Shown: piece by piece, positions 25,583 to 26,906 of the stretch
Layout of the letters: every line of letters begins with the position of its first letter
Position numbering within the stretch: position 1 is the stretch's first letter
Assembly (NCBI GenBank): GCA_043753995.1
Contig: JAYUVP010000345.1
Location: 1 to 26,906, forward strand
Source: Fibrobacterota bacterium
GTDB lineage: Bacteria > Fibrobacterota > Fibrobacteria > UBA11236
Reading direction: 5' to 3'
DNA: 26,906 nucleotides
Notes under the pieces: generated by a model
What the model was told of the DNA's origin: nothing
Databases searched by the model: none
The model's input: only the letters and a program-made list of their open reading frames with translations
Position numbers and translations under genes: made by a program

Positions 25583-26906
25583 GGTTTGCCTCTTGAAATA
25601 CTATCCGTCGCAACTGAACCTGTATTTCGGTTGCCACGCCAAAAGCCCCAAAAATCATACCCATAGGTTAAACCAAAGCTGCGGCGTACTTCGTCCTCAC
25701 GACCCTTGATTGCGGAATGTTGATCGGTGAACATGGCGGCTTCGACTTTTACCCTATTTCGCAAACGCTGGCGCCAGAGAGAGTCCTCGATCCATCGTTC
25801 GAGCGGCGGTCGCCATTCCAAGGCCATGCGATAATCCCATGGGTTGTCAGCCACCGCATTTTCGGGCGTATAGGTAGAGCTGGCGCGCAACCGTAGGCGC
25901 TTCACCTCCTTGCTCAGCACTTCGACAGAAATGGCATTTTGTCCGCTCACCGACGAGGCCGAATCGGACTTGCCTCCTGAGCCGAGAGCACCAAGCCCGC
26001 TAACCTTGGCGCTGGCAATCCACCTGCCCGAAAGCTTGGAAGCTGCATCGCTGAGGTATTGATTGGCGAATGGCTCCAGCAGGGACAAAGCCGTGGCCTG
26101 ATAGCCTTGGCCGCCACTCCCACCGGAAAATGCGGGAGAATAACAGCCTCGCCGAACGGAATACAAGAGGGCAGCCACATCGGCGCCGGCCCCGAAGCTG
26201 CCTTGGCAGTCGCTGTCATAGGCGAATTGCATTTGCGCTAAGGTTCCTGTTAGGTGGGTAATAAGTATGCAGGAATCGAGGGTGCCCGCCTCGCAGTCTC
26301 GTGCCATACGCTTTTGCGCTTCCAAATTGATCTGGCCTTCTTCTATCGGAGCATTCAGCCACTTTAATTCCAAGCTTTGAATGTCATAAGCTTGGCGCTT
26401 GGTACCGAGCTGGCCTTGCAGGGCATTGACGCGCCCTGTGGCCAACGCATAAGGCAAGGTCCCTCGCAAGGAAAAATCACCCACATATTCTGCCCGCAAT
26501 AAATCGGTTTCCAGCGAATTGCCCGAGCCCAGGGTCTCCACCTGAATTTGCACTTGTAGTGGGCGACTTCGCTTGGCTCCCCTTTTGGGCGGACCTTTTC
26601 GCTTAAAAAGGTTTTGCAAGGTCGCTATGCTTCCTAGGCGGTAACGCACCAGGGACGTATCCATCAGGGCATCCAACTTTAGGTAGGCCGGTTTTTCCAA
26701 GGAGATCTGAATCCCAGTGTCGCCACCATGGCCTCCCATTGGCAACCGATACAAGGCGGAAACGCGCGAAAAACGCCCGCCCGCCCGAAGCGGGGGCTGG
26801 GCATAATCCGCGGTCAGTGATTTGATTTCCGCCTTCACTTCCAGCCAAACAGAATCGGACTTTGCTTCCACACGAAAGTCACGCATCGCCGCTTTGCCTG
26901 CGGTCT
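25579..26906 (-). CDS. TamB/AsmA-like protein, C-terminal part (open to the right edge)
   Basis: No in-frame stop between 26886 and the window edge. DUF490-like pattern: LRAEYVGDFSLRGT, GRVNALQG, INLEA, ITHLTGTLAQMQF, ALLYSV, C-terminal strands ending FGLTYGYDF. ATGA overlap with the Omp85 gene. Confidence 0.7.
   Translation of the reverse strand, partial: TAGKAAMRDFRVEAKSDSVWLEVKAEIKSLTADYAQPPLRAGGRFSRVSALYRLPMGGHGGDTGIQISLEKPAYLKLDALMDTSLVRYRLGSIATLQNLFKRKGPPKRGAKRSRPLQVQIQVETLGSGNSLETDLLRAEYVGDFSLRGTLPYALATGRVNALQGQLGTKRQAYDIQSLELKWLNAPIEEGQINLEAQKRMARDCEAGTLDSCILITHLTGTLAQMQFAYDSDCQGSFGAGADVAALLYSVRRGCYSPAFSGGSGGQGYQATALSLLEPFANQYLSDAASKLSGRWIASAKVSGLGALGSGGKSDSASSVSGQNAISVEVLSKEVKRLRLRASSTYTPENAVADNPWDYRMALEWRPPLERWIEDSLWRQRLRNRVKVEAAMFTDQHSAIKGREDEVRRSFGLTYGYDFWGFWRGNRNTGSVATDSISRGKP

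Noticed and set aside
1..26906. Mobile elements, prophage, defence systems, CRISPR, tRNA/rRNA
   Set aside because: No integrase, transposase, nuclease or Cas motifs, no repeat-spacer arrays, and nothing RNA-gene-like recognised in the short intergenic gaps. The MoxR-vWA genes are of the Bat type rather than a defence-associated type.

Overview
Gene-dense bacterial chromosomal window from a diderm organism, with no recognisable mobile elements, CRISPR arrays or RNA genes. Fibrobacterota/FCB affinity is a tentative inference only. Left to right: the 5' end of uvrB (minus strand, missed by the ORF track); a membrane-anchored TPR protein; a divergent RsbU/SpoIIE-type PP2C phosphatase coupled to pgeF/yfiH; a putative outer-membrane beta-barrel protein with a bidirectional terminator; a 353-aa orphan; a minus-strand run recR-yihA / mlaE-mlaF-mlaD-TPR-beta-propeller; an expanded plus-strand MoxR/Bat operon (BatD-like membrane protein, MoxR, DUF58, TPR+SurA-core lipoprotein, second BatD-like membrane protein, BatA, BatB, two BatC-like genes, BatD, BatE, DUF423); and a convergent tamB-like/Omp85 (TamA-like) pair. 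Most families are known. The most notable points are the extra components of the Bat operon (a parvulin-less SurA-like chaperone lipoprotein and a two-gene BatC), an MCE transporter whose partners are a TPR protein and a beta-propeller rather than MlaC/MlaB, and a recurring TAnnnT box 7-9 nt upstream of SD-less start codons that suggests leaderless mRNAs. All family calls come from motif recognition by eye; no searches were run.
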